A stretch of 64,000 nt of DNA from Blepharisma stoltei ATCC 30299 (lineage: Eukaryota > Protista > Ciliophora). The notes under the pieces were generated by a model. That model had not been told where the DNA came from and did no database searches. It worked only from the letters and a program-made list of their open reading frames with translations. Where the stretch lies: NCBI GenBank assembly GCA_965603825.1, contig CBFDEM010000053.1:992001-1056000 (forward strand). The letters run 5' to 3'. Shown in pieces: positions 25,171 through 37,035 of this stretch. The translations under genes and the position numbers were made by a program. Within the stretch, counting starts at the first letter, position 1; every line of letters begins with the position of its first letter.

Positions 25171-25462
25171 ATGGTAATTAATAATTTCAATCTGTTCAAT
25201 TAAAAATAGATTTTATATTTTTCCTTAATACATTAAATATTAAAGTGCATTCCAGCAATTTTAAATATTGAATTCAATTTACTCAAATTTATTAAGATTA
25301 GGCACCACTAAGGAATAGCAGCACCATCCATTTAATTGAAACAATCAGATTTCTCTAAAAGGGCTATTTCATTTAAAATTTTAAATTTAAGACAAAGATA
25401 GCCTTAATTTTAGCTATAGGCACAATAATGAGAGCTTAGCTCACGTTTTTGATATGAATTTA

Positions 25463-25708
25463 TTAAAACTTTGAAGGAGGAGCTTTTGACTGGAAACAAG
25501 ATTTAGGCATTCTTCCTTGATTGAAGGAACTTCCAACTTGAGTTCTAGGGTCTGCAGTTCCAGAAAAGCATTTTTCGTGATACATAAGTCTTATTTTTCG
25601 TCCATCTCGATAGATGATTCTTTCACCTTTATCGATTGCACGATGGCATTCTCTGCAATTGTGTCCGTATCTAGAAGCAACCATATGGCCGATGGTTCAA
25701 TAATCCAT
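25463..25708 (-). CDS. small PARP-type zinc-finger-like protein (81 aa)
   Basis: ATG 25708 MDY-W(TGA)-TIGHMVASRYGHN-CREC..IDKGERI..YHEKCF, a CX2C..HX2C pattern. Confidence 0.7.
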
Positions 25709-25843
25709 TTAATTATATTTATTATAGATCTTTTAAAAATAATTATTGATATAAATATCGATATTTTAGTTAAAGAAAAATGCATGCAATAATTATGATA
25801 TAAATATTCTAAATATTATACCCTGATTAAAATTTCATAACTA

Positions 25844-26695
25844 ATGAATGAAAATGCCACAGAGCTAGAAGCTACAGTTCTTAACTGTAACAGACTTGCA
25901 ATGGACTATCTGAAACTTGAAGATTTCAAGCAAAGCCTGACTCTTCTGAAGCGTGCAGAAACAATTTTAAACAACGAAGAAGACACCTTCAGCTCAATAC
26001 CAAATAGACTAAAGCTGATGGGAATAACTCTCAACAACCTAGGCTGTTACTATAAAAAGCGAAAACAAATCAAAGTCGCCCTCAACTACTTACGCCAAGC
26101 TCTACAAGTCGAGCTTCAAACACAATCAGATAACGTAAATATAGCAGGAACTCATTTAAACATCTGTGCAATTCTATCATCACTCTCAAAACACGAGCAG
26201 TCCTTCCAGCATGCCAGACAAGCTATGGCTCTGCTTGAAGAAGCAAGATCTCAAGAAGCTTTATCCCAAGAAAAAGGCCTAAATTTGGCAACAAGTCTAG
26301 TGATTTCTTATCATAATGCTGGAGCTGAATTGGAGCATATGAGCAAGATGTCTGAAGCTTTGCAGTATTATGAAAGTGCGTGAAAAATTTCAAAAAAAGA
26401 ACTAGGAGGGAAAAACCCACTCACAGTCAACATGCTGGAAGCTTTTAATAATTTATCGATGAAATTCAACAACAGCTTTTCTGTGCTGAGGTCAGAAAGA
26501 AATAGAATTACTCCATTGAGGACCAGAGGGAGCGCTTCTGATGTGCCGAATACAGTTAGAGAAAAGCTACCATCGATTACTCCTCCAAGGATGAGAAATG
26601 GGAGAAACACTGGGAATTCGATTTCTCCTGGAAGAGATTTTAGAGTTCCTGAAACGATTGAGAAAATTAGGTCTATGGTGTCAAGGGCTCATTAA
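25844..26695 (+). CDS. TPR-repeat protein
   Basis: ITLNNLGCYY..ALNYL, THLNICAILS and SYHNAG.E repeats; TGA=Trp at 26381. Confidence 0.8.
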
Positions 26696-26702
26696 TGAAA
26701 TA

Positions 26703-27848
26703 TTATATATGTTTAACTATTTCTTGTGTTAATTTGGAGAACTCTTCTTTGTCTGTCAGCTTCCTTCTATTGAAATTGGTAACCAAATGGCTCTTTAGAT
26801 CTTCATGCTGCTCGAGGATATTTAGCCTGCATAAACTCCATAGCGAATGCACAACAGAAATATCTGAAAGTCTTTCTCCTTCATTTATATAGGCTTTTAT
26901 CATTCCAATTGTCCACTCCACAAATTCACGTCTTTTTGCATTACCTTTTACTGCCAGTGGTAAATATCTTGCATATGCAAATAATAGTCCAACTGCATCT
27001 CCAATTTCCATTTGTTTCCCATGCGGATTTTCAATGATTTCTTTTTCAACATCATCGTACAAATCAACAGTCCCTTGTCCAACCTTTATAAAGCTTGCTA
27101 AACAATGTGCTAAGCTTCTTGTATCCATTATACGCTTATTTTCTCTTATTTGTTTATTAAACAATGCAAAAAGTTCTTCATTTCCTAGGTTTTTAAGTCC
27201 AAACATATAGATGATAATACTCAAATCTTCACCATACAGGTCTTTCGATATTCTAAACACTTGTCCTTCTAAGGCAACTAGAAATTTATCGTCAATTAAA
27301 TTCTTGCTTCCATAAACTTTTACAATAGTAGCCACGCACTTCGCATTCATTTTGTTTTCTTTGCAGATTTTATTTTTTATGATATCTCTCAGGTTTATCC
27401 AAAATTCCTCTGAACCTTTATCGGCTTGGTCAAATGACCTGACAATGCATTGTATGTTTTCATAGTTGATAGAGTCAGCAAGGCCTTTTATTAAACGCTT
27501 TTCGATGCTTGACCACATGATATCATCATCAATATTTAAATTGATGAGATGAATCAGCAAAGTTTGAATTGTGTTCATTCCATAGTCATCGGTAAGCAGG
27601 GGGATTTCTTTAATTGCTTTTTGTACGGCAGGTAGTTTTGTCCAAGTTATGGATTCTATGTTAACAAGTCTTTGGGCTGCTCTGTATAGTGCAGCTAAGG
27701 CTTTAACTGGCTTTTCTCGAATTCAAGGCTTGTAGTTATTAGAGTTGTTTAAACAATCAAGATGTGTTTGCAGCTCATTTGGAAGTTTTCCAATTTCATC
27801 AAAACTAGCAAATCTATTGAGATTTCTCAGACACCGAAAAATTATCAT
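26703..27848 (-). CDS. helical-repeat (FAST/RAP or heptatricopeptide-like) protein, probably mitochondrial
   Basis: ATG 27848 MIIFRCLRNLNRFASF (presequence-like), in frame via one TGA. Repeats of about 37 aa, each with IVRSF..GSEEFW, IIYMF..GNEELF or CLASF..GTVDLY. Confidence 0.65.
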
Positions 27849-28350
27849 TTTATTGATAAATATTTACCATTTTTTAAAGCATTTCCATAGAGACGACAAC
27901 GCTTTAAAATTTAATTGGCATCATTTAGGCTGTTTATGCAGCTTTAATACATAATTTATCTCCTAAACTCAATAATTTTAGAAATTGCCGATGTGGATTT
28001 TTAATTTCTGATAAAAAAATTGATATAATTTTTGGATTTTCTTTCTTTATTCATGGCTTTGAAGAAAAATAGATCGAATTTTATCTATTTGAAACTCTAA
28101 TTAATTCCTATTTCTGAATTTTTATTTGACGAAAACCCATTTTGGTTCACCATTCAAAAAATGGTGCAAGGCCAGGATCTGAACCAGCATCAAAATGCCT
28201 GAGGACAGGAAACAAAGACGACCGAAAATCCTTGACCACTGCCTTTGAAGCACATGGGCTGACTTCTGGTTCTTCTAATTTTCTATAATTAAGCTAAAAA
28301 ATTGAGATAAGCTATATATAGTTTCTATGTAAGACCATACATATATTAAT

Positions 28351-28689
28351 ATGGCAAAACAAGGAGGTAAGGCTAAAGCTGCAAAGAAGCAAAAAAGAGT
28401 GAAGAAAGATAAGTCTGGACCAAAAAAACCTAAGTCAGCTTTCATGTTCTTCTCTCAAGATAGAAGACAGACACTTAAAACTGAGCAGCCTGATCTCAAA
28501 ATTACCGAACAATCGAAAGTAATTGGTAAGGAATGGGGCGAATTAACTGATGCCGAAAAAGCCCCTTATCAAGAAAAAGCTAATCAAGATAGAGAAAGAT
28601 ACAATAAGGAGAAGGCCTCAAGTCCTAAGGAAGAAGAAAAGAAGGAAGAGCCTGAAGGTGACGAAGAGGATGAGGAGTCAGAAGATTAA
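28351..28689 (+). CDS. HMG-box chromatin protein (Nhp6/HMGB-like)
   Basis: PKKPKSAFMFFS..IGKEW..L...EK.PY..A..DRERY; basic N-terminus, acidic tail. Confidence 0.92.
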   Translation: MAKQGGKAKAAKKQKRVKKDKSGPKKPKSAFMFFSQDRRQTLKTEQPDLKITEQSKVIGKEWGELTDAEKAPYQEKANQDRERYNKEKASSPKEEEKKEEPEGDEEDEESED

Positions 28690-29196
28690 TTATTTTCTAA
28701 TAAAATAAATCAAAAAATTCAAAATCATTTTAAATATTTTTTGACTGTTTATATCATTTTGAGCTCATTGTCGAGGAATTAGCCTCAGCTTTGTAAGAGC
28801 GGAATAAATAAGCAATCGGAAGGAATTGAATAAATTTATTGGCGAGATATATTTTCTTAAAAATAGATGGCAATAGGAGTGAATCGGCTATAACTCCATT
28901 TACTGATGAAGGATTAATTTTCTATCGAAAAATCAGCGGCAAAGACAATTCTCCAACCTTTTTTTCATTACTCTTAAAATATCCTTATATATGCCATATA
29001 AATAATTTCCAAAAATAATTAAAAATAAAGCATTTATTTGGGGCTTTTTTCTCTCTTGAAAAGTATTAGAAGAAAAATATTTAGATGTAAACAAGCATCA
29101 AGGATATTGATGTCTAAAATCAAAAATTCGGTTTTTTATTTCTATAGCTGCGTGCATCAAATAATATTATATCTTACAACTATAATCAACTTAGAC

Positions 29197-30075
29197 TTAT
29201 TCAAATTTTAGCTTCCTTTTTTGAAAATAACTGTAAATTAGATAGCAAAACAAAATAACGCCAAACAATCCTAGACAAATTCATGCTATAAAAAGAAAGG
29301 AAAAAGGATGGCTCATAGGTGGATTGGTTCAACTGGCATCATCAATTACACTTCTAATGGTGCTGCTTTGAATTGGCTTATCAATAAAAATTTCATAATA
29401 TCACCTTCCGTTTACTTTAGAATGTGTAGGAATTGTATCTATATTTACAGAAAAATTTACTTGGATTCCTTCGAAATTATATTCGTTTATATAATATTTG
29501 AAATAACCATATTGGCTAGATGGTCGATTATAATCTATAAAATTCAATATTAAATATCCTTTCATTATATTCGAAGTAATAAAACTTCCATCATTATAAA
29601 CATATATGAATTCAGTATTATCAAGGATGGTGATGCTATTTGTATCATTGAAGTCTTGCAAATAATATTCATCGATATATGTTCCATTTGTAATAGTTTT
29701 GCATTGTGGCTTTACTGTCCATAACAAATTTGTTTGGTTTGATACCCTTAAGCAGTTTGAAAATCCAGGTATGGATGGGTTATATTTAGAATTGAAAATG
29801 CAAGAATCCATGATAGGAAATATCAAGGTTAAATCACAGTTTATTTTCCGCTTTTTCTCACAATATAGCCCATAATAGTCCTCAGGGCATAAGCAAGCAT
29901 CTGAAATAAAGGTAGATTGCTCACACTGATTGCTGCTCACATTTAAGTAATACTCATCCCGAGACACTTGGATTCCATTGCAATAATAATTATCACCCAT
30001 TATACGGACCAGATGACCATATTCAGAGCAGGATAGAGTGTCCACAGTAATTATGAGAATATAAATTAATATCAT
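29197..30075 (-). CDS. single-pass surface protein with EGF-like Cys motif
   Basis: Signal peptide and CLCPEDYYGLYC. Continues past TGA 29401 and two more TGAs to a TM helix (FLFIAWICLGLFGVILFCYLIY), KRK, and TAA 29197. Confidence 0.75.
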
Positions 30076-30207
30076 CTTTTAATTAAATTTGGATTTATTT
30101 ATAAATATGGATCAGATAAGATACAAATTTATTTTATGATCAAAAAATATGTTTAGATTTTCGTAATTATTCAGGGTATTTAAAGAAAAATTGCTCTTGT
30201 TGATTAA

Positions 30208-30280
30208 TCCGAGATAGTATAGTGGTCAAGTATCCCTGCCTGTCACGCAGGGGACCCGGGTTCAATTCCCGGTCTCGGAG
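30208..30280 (+). tRNA. tRNA-Asp (GUC)
   Basis: Acceptor stem TCCGAGA/TCTCGGA; anticodon arm CCTGC-CTGTCAC-GCAGG; T arm CCGGG-TTCAATT-CCCGG. Confidence 0.97.
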
Positions 30281-30286
30281 TTTTTT
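30281..30286 (+). terminator. Pol III oligo-T terminator
   Basis: T6 run immediately after the tRNA. Confidence 0.8.
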
Positions 30287-30671
30287 ATCTCATAATTCTT
30301 TATTTTTATATGATAAATGCAGCATGATTTTGCTTATTTTATTTACGTGGAAAATTGATTAATAATTTTGCTATAGTGAATTATTAAGTTACTATTTATA
30401 ATTAAAAAGCTGGCAGGAGCTGAGATTCCAATGAAAATAATGAATTCATTTGAAGCACTCTCAAATGATAATAAGTTAATCAAGCAGAAATAAATTATTA
30501 AAGCTAAAAATTGGATAAATAATTTGCTTTAGTAAAATGATCAAAAGTCCAATAATGTTATTAGCAACTATGCAATAATAAATGTTTGCCATACTGAATT
30601 TATTTTATTTTCAATCAGCTCTAAACGAAATCAAATTGAAAGAAAATCTTTTTGAAAATTTTATTAAAAGC

Positions 30672-31502
30672 TTAACTTTTCGCTCTATTCTTAAAATGTG
30701 TGTCCAATCTATCTAACAAAGAAACTGTAAGACAAGCATCAATAATATACTGCACAATTCTAAACTGCCATCCAGAGCACACAATCCTTATTTTTCCAAT
30801 ATTACTTTTCTCATTATCTATAAATTTCTTCAAAACTCCCCATGTAGATTTCCCTTCCATTTCTCCATATTTTTGCAGCTGAGTTTTTGCAAAATCTAAA
30901 GGCATGACCGCTGCTGTATTAATAACTCCAACTATAGCTCCTATAATTAAAAGTTCTGAATACAGTAGCTCTTCTTTATGTGTATATTTTTTTGTTATTT
31001 CTTTAAAAAACGAAGTGCAGCCTAAAAACGTAACTCAAGAAATAGTCTGCTTGAATAATAATGGCTGAATCCCTCTGAAAGCTTCATGCTTTAAGTTCTT
31101 TTCTCGAAAAAATTGTCTAATCGTTGCTTTCGGTGATGTCATAATCCAAGTCTTAAGTCTTTCTAAAGGGCAGATTATATAGCCTTCTATCGCAGCAATA
31201 GAAAGTCCAGTCAGTGTTTGCACAGCATTTTCGTTCCTTATAAAAGTTCTAAAAATTCTTGGAAAGTGAACCATCATTGGAAATCTATATGCCTGCTTAA
31301 AAGAATTTCTAATGGCATTAGGGATTAGTCCTGTGTATAGTTTTAGAATCCCATTACTTTTGATATCGTTTATCACAAATTTATAAGGATCAACATGCGG
31401 ATTTGCTTGGACTTGTGTTTTTATATATTCAAAAGGATGCTCAAAAGGTAAAGCAGCTATAGTTCTTGAAATTCCTATTAAGCTGGCATAAAAAATGTCC
31501 AT
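30672..31502 (-). CDS. mitochondrial carrier (SLC25) protein
   Basis: Three Px[DE]xxK signatures (PFEYIK, PLERLK, PLDFAK); TGA=Trp at 31035. Confidence 0.9.
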
Positions 31503-31529
31503 TTTATCATTAACTTAAAAAGAAAAATT

Positions 31530-34298
31530 TTAATAATCGAAAGGAGGTGGGGATAAATCTCCCTTTTGAGAATTGAGAGATAAGCAACTTGGCTTTCTAA
31601 ATCGACTATGCAGCGGGGAATTTTCCAAACTCAGTTTTGATGGTCTAACAATAGCCATCTGAGTATCTTTCCACAGCTTTTCAAGCTTAATAATGAATTC
31701 CTTTGTCAACTCTAAATTCTGAGTTTTCATTTGTGGAATCGCCACATTTTCTTGGATTTCCATATATTTTTTAATCCACTCCCCTAATACCTCATGCAGT
31801 TTATTGATTTCTAGTTGCTTTCTCATTAATTCTTTTTCGCATATATTTTTGAGTCCTTCCAAATATATTTTCCATCTTGATTTTTCTTTCATATAAATTT
31901 CAAGATTTTGCTTCTGGTAAGTTTCAAGGAGGGATTTAAAAACGTTGCATTCATTTTTTACTTGCTCATACCCATTCTTCATATTATGGCTGAACATTGT
32001 TTGAAGCTGTAGGTTGGTTTCTAAACTCCGGAACTTGAACCCATCTTCGTGTTCTGTAAATGAAGATTTTTGATGCGAAAAGTCTTCAAAATGGTGCTTG
32101 ATGACTGATATTGATGTTTTCATTCTTGAGCCTTTCCTCACGATAGCTGGAGTTTCCAAAGTGGTATGAGGAATTTGCTTAATAGGCCTTATAATCTTTC
32201 CTTTGAAATTGTTGCTGCTTTCGATCACATGCTCTTTATTTCAGTGCTCAGTTTCAAGTTTTTCTATAATACTTATCAGTTTATTATAAGATTCATTTAA
32301 ATGATTTATCATTTGTTCGTATTCAGAAATTCTTTTTTCTTGATTTCTCACAAGCAACACTTTCAAGTTAAATTTTTCTTTTAGTAAGTTATATTTCCAT
32401 TGAGTATCATAATAGCATCTCAAGAGTTCACTATTGGCAACCCCAGATTGTATTATTTGCTTTTTTAATTGAAAAATGATAATTTCGTTACTCAGCTTAG
32501 TATCGTTTTCTAATGCTGAGCACAGTTCTTGAGTGTATTGGTCTTGAGACTGTATATATTCTTCGTCTAGAGGAATATCAATTCCTATTTCTGACTGCTT
32601 ATAAGCTTTCAAGTAGGATTCTTCAGTGTAAACTCTTTGCTCAGTTGTTAGGAGCATATCTGTTTTTGGGTCTACGAATTCCCACTCTGCCACATTTTCT
32701 CCTGCGTTTAATTTTCCTAAGGTGATACTAAACCTCTCACTCATTTGACTGAGATGGTGTTTTAAAATTTCAACTTGGCGATGCAAGATTTCATTTTCCT
32801 TTACCAGCAGCCTAACAGAATCTTCGTCGCTTGATTTAATTATAGATACTTTTTTGTACATTTCAAAATATTCCAGCGCTGAAGCTTCAGCTTTCAGTCT
32901 TTTTTTCCTTTCACTATTCAATTCTTTTTCGAGCTCTGCAATTCTTTCATTTGAGGCTTCTTTTTCTTGCTTCAAATTAGCTAATTCTTCAGCATATTGG
33001 TCGTAATGAAGTAAATCTTCAAGACCTTTGGATTTGTCTTGGTTAAAAGAAGGTCCAAAATCTTCAATAGAGGTTGGAGAAAAAAGGTCATCTGTAGGAG
33101 CTGTAGATATATTTGTCAAACTTCGAGCTATCATTATAGGAGATGTGATTTCACTTGAGTAGTGTCCTCTTAATCTGGAAATTTCATCTTTTGCCTCAGT
33201 TAGCTGCTGCTTCAGCTGATTGATCATTCGAATGTATTCTTCTGGAGACCTTTTAATATTCATTTTCGCTTGGTTTTTTATTGTTTTTGCTCTTTGAGCA
33301 AATTTTAAAGTATTTAGTGTGTCGTCAAAGTTCCTAGGATGTGGCGAGCAGCAGACGATTAAAGTGGTTTTATAGTTTCCACCTAATGATTCCTGCAATA
33401 ACCTTGTTAGTTTTGAATCTCTGTATGGAATATGATCAGACCCATTTGTGAGTGCATGAATAACGTTTCCAAGAGCACTTAATGACAAATTAATTTTTTT
33501 AGCTTCTTCTAGCTTATTTCCCGTAACGCCAGTTTGGTTGATTTTTTCACATCCAGCTAAATCGACTAAATTTAATATCCCTCGCTTTTCAGAGTCATTG
33601 GAGAGCTTCTGGTTTATTTCTAACATAAATAATTGGTGGCTTCTTGAGCTTACGCTATTCATTTTTGTAGACGCCACTGTGCGATTGCTTTCTCCTAACG
33701 ACAAAACATCCATTATTTCTTCTTCACATACCACATACATTTCAGTCAGCCCATGCACATAAATTCCTTTTCTTGGGTCTTCTTTAATTTTTAAATTCGC
33801 ACTGTTATTTCCTAGTAAGTCCTTAAGTTTTTCTTTATAAATTTCTAGCATAGAGCATTTTAATGTGATTTCTGCTTCATTCTTAATGTTTGCTAGTGAC
33901 TCAAAAACTAATCCACTAGCTCTTGGAATGATACCTTGAGATTCTTTGTCGTAAATATCAAGACCCATCATTGTAAAAGATTTTCCAGAGCCAGTTTGGC
34001 CATAAGCAAAGACTGTACCATTATACCCAGTCAGGACATCTTCAATAATTGGCTTGCCAATGAATTCAAAAATATCGCTTTGAGAAGTGTCTGGTGAAAA
34101 AACTTTATCATAAACGAATGGATCTGAGTCCAATCCTTGCTTTACTACTACACTGGTTTCGTTAGGGAAAGAATACAGATCGAGTTTTGTTTCTGGAAGC
34201 TGTAGCTCTATATCAATCAAGGGTCTGAACCTTGCAATAACTTTTATATTTTTACCAGTTTCCTCCCTTTCTCTAATAGAAGTTTTGCTTCTTCTCAT
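31530..34298 (-). CDS. N-terminal motor kinesin (kinesin-1-like) with coiled-coil stalk
   Basis: GQTGSGKS, NSVSSRSH, LVDLAGCE and HIPYRDSKLTRLLQESLGGN; TGA at 32241 joins the tail ORF. Confidence 0.92.
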
Positions 34299-35058
34299 AT
34301 TATTTTGAGAAGGGATATATCGTAGATAGAAATAGATCTCAAAATCTTTTAGATAGAAATTTTTAAAAAATTAGTTTTTGAGGTATTTCATTGGGTCAGC
34401 ATAAGCCTAAAATTTAAGAAATTACATAGATAATTTTTAAAATAGATAGTATTATATTAATCCTTTAACCTTGATGCTTTGAGAGTTTTTATACTTATTG
34501 AAGTTAAATTATTGACAATTCATTACTAAAGTTCTGTTTATGTTATACCAAAGTTGAAATCAATTTTTTTTTAATTGAAGCGTTAAAAGCAACACTTATG
34601 TCTATTAATCTTATTTAATAACTTTTGGGCAGGAACAAGCTCTTGATTGAGCCAATTTAATCCAGTAGTAGTTTTGTATGCAACTATAAAATTGTTAAAA
34701 TTAATGAGAAAATAGGAAAGCTTAAATAATCATTTTTTAATCTTCAGTTAAATTTCTCCTTATTATATATTATTCCTTATAACTGAAAAACTCTCTGACT
34801 TTAAAAAAAATTATTTAACTAATCAAAATATTAATGATTCTTTGAAAGCTTTTGGCAATTTTTTAATATCAAATTTATTAGATTGACCCATATAATCTCC
34901 TGAAAAGCTTTTTGATTTTCTTAGTTTTCTTTTACTAATTAAAATAAAAATATTTTAATCCATTTCCTTAGTAAACTTAGTCCATGAAATTCATATAATT
35001 TTAAAATGTAACCCGCCCATATTTATCTTAACTAAATTAAAGTTCAAACCTTTGCTAT

Positions 35059-35991
35059 ATGGAAACATTTCATCCTTTAGATCAGCATTGCTTCAATGGT
35101 AGGCCGGATTACCGCTTTGAAAAACTTATAGGTTCTGGGAGTTTTGGATCAGTGTACAAAGCTTACAGCATTCAGAACAATCTCGCAGTCGCTATAAAAA
35201 GATCTGCTAAATCTGGAAGTCTAGTTTCCCGAGAATATAAGATTCTGAAAGAGACCGCTTCATCAGAAAACTGCGTCAGGCTCCTCGATATATTTTATTC
35301 GATAACAGAAGATGGCAAATACATACAACACCTCGTATTTGAATATTTGCCTGAAAATCTCTCACGATTTATAAGGAATCGTAAAAGAGCACACCACCCT
35401 TTAGATCATGCTGAAATCTGCTCAATTTTCAAGCAAATTTTGCAAGGGCTGCAGTTCATTCATGGCAAAAACATCCTTCATAGAGATCTCAAGCCTGAAA
35501 ATGTTTTAATTGATCCTATTACAATGAAAGTAAAATTATGCGATTTTGGCAGCGCAAAAATTCAAACTGATAAAAACACGCCTTTTATTGTTTCAAGGTA
35601 TTATAGAGCTCCAGAGCTAATATTTTGTAATTGTAAATACGGAAGTGAAATCGATATATGAGCAGCAGGATGCATTTTTCTTGAACTGTTTTTGGGCTCA
35701 CCTGTCTTTTTAGGAAAAAATGAAGGAAATCAATTTATACAGCAAGCTAATATTCTCGGACCCCCATCATTAAGTGACATAATAAGACTCACTGAAAACA
35801 CACAAATAAAGCCAAAAATTGCAGCAAAGGCAATAAAAATCGGCAAAAAACAAAACATTTTGGAGTTCTTAAGAAGGAGTCCAAAAGCTAATGAAGCCTT
35901 GGATCTTATTCAAAATATGCTATCATGAGATCCCACTAAGCGCCCAAGTGCCACAGAGTGCTTAAATCATCCTTTTTTCGATGTGTGCTAA
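35059..35991 (+). CDS. GSK3-like CMGC protein kinase
   Basis: GSGSFGSVY, HRDLKPEN, KLCDFGSAK, SRYYRAPEL, DI-W(TGA)-AAGC and LS-W(TGA)-DPTKR..HPFF; TAA 35989. Confidence 0.88.
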
Positions 35992-36039
35992 TAATCTTAA
36001 CTGCAAAAATAATTAAAAAGTATTACGAATTAATAAAAA

Positions 36040-36354
36040 ATGAGCGGGACTGAAGTTTCAGATGATCTAAGCGCTACATCAACACCGATCATGTTTATGA
36101 GCCCAGAAAGCTCGGTTAAAAAAATAAAAATTGTGGTAGGAACTATTTAGTCTGCTGAACTTCTTAAAAGATTAGGGATCGAAGGTAAAAAGCGATTTAC
36201 AAAGACTCCAATACGATGCGATTCGACCCGAAAACGATTTATTAGGATTCCTCGAATACTAAGCCCGAGAAAACCTGCAACTCCAAGCATTTTCAGAGCT
36301 ATGAGAGGGCCACCAAAATTAATTGTTACTTATAAAGAGAGCACAAATAAATAA
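36040..36354 (+). CDS. small basic hypothetical protein, two exons (absent from track)
   Basis: AAAATG start; intron 36136-36150; 99 aa to TAA. Confidence 0.55.
36136..36150 (+). other. 15-nt intron GTAGGAACTATTTAG
   Basis: Matches the local intron consensus and removes an in-frame TAG. Confidence 0.65.
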
Positions 36355-36417
36355 TTGATATTATATATGCAGAATTGGCTGCTGTTTTAATTGCAGAGAT
36401 TTAATAATTTTAAAGAA

Positions 36418-36640
36418 ATGGTGAGAACAACTGAAGGGACCTTTATTTCTTGGTATTATTTATGATAGTGATGAGCCAATTAAACAGTTTTTGAGGAATT
36501 TGGACCAGACTCATAAATTCATACTGAGAGATTTGGGAGAAGGCCAGCTGTTTATAAAATCGGATAAGAGAAATTTCGTAAAAGAAGAAGTTGAAAAATT
36601 TTTAGATCAGCATACTTTTAAAAGACCAGAGCTTGCTTAG
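36418..36640 (+). CDS. TFB5: TFIIH subunit p8/TTDA (68 aa, absent from track)
   Basis: Spliced product MVRTTEGTFISCDEPIKQFLRNLDQTHKFILRDLGEGQLFI..FLDQHTF follows the Tfb5 pattern G..I.CD...KQFL..LD..FI..D. Confidence 0.88.
36453..36468 (+). other. 16-nt intron GTATTATTTATGATAG
   Basis: Removal recreates the conserved Cys-Asp of Tfb5 and restores the frame. Confidence 0.9.
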
Positions 36641-37035
36641 ATTTTAATATATTAGTAATAAATTATAGTTCATGAGTTTGCACATGTCAAGCTCTTTTGA
36701 ATGGGCTGAAATAATTTTATTTCTATGATTTAAGAGTGAATTGAAAAGATTTCTAATAATAAAGATTGATAAATGTAAAAAATATTAATTTTGAATTTAA
36801 AAATTTGTGATTAAAATAATTTATTTATGATAACACTATTTCCACAATTATTTATATAAAATTAATAGGCTCAAGAGAATTATGGCATTAATTTAATATT
36901 TAAAATCGCTTTATATAGATTTATTGCAATGAAATTTCAGTTAATTTATATTATATTTGGATGTTTATATAATAAATTTTGATAAGTATCTCATTTTGAA
37001 CTTTATTGATATTAATCCTTTAGGTATTCCTCATA

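Noticed and set aside
28130-28270. Assignment to U2, U4, U5, RNase MRP or telomerase RNA from short motif resemblances (CTTGCACC, TGCTGGTT, GCCTTT, ATGGGCTGA)
   Set aside because: The diagnostic conserved elements of each family are missing; the region is kept only as an unassigned candidate.
34299-35058. Long AT-rich spacer (also 1-627 and 30290-30670)
   Set aside because: No ORF, repeat or structure that I can support.
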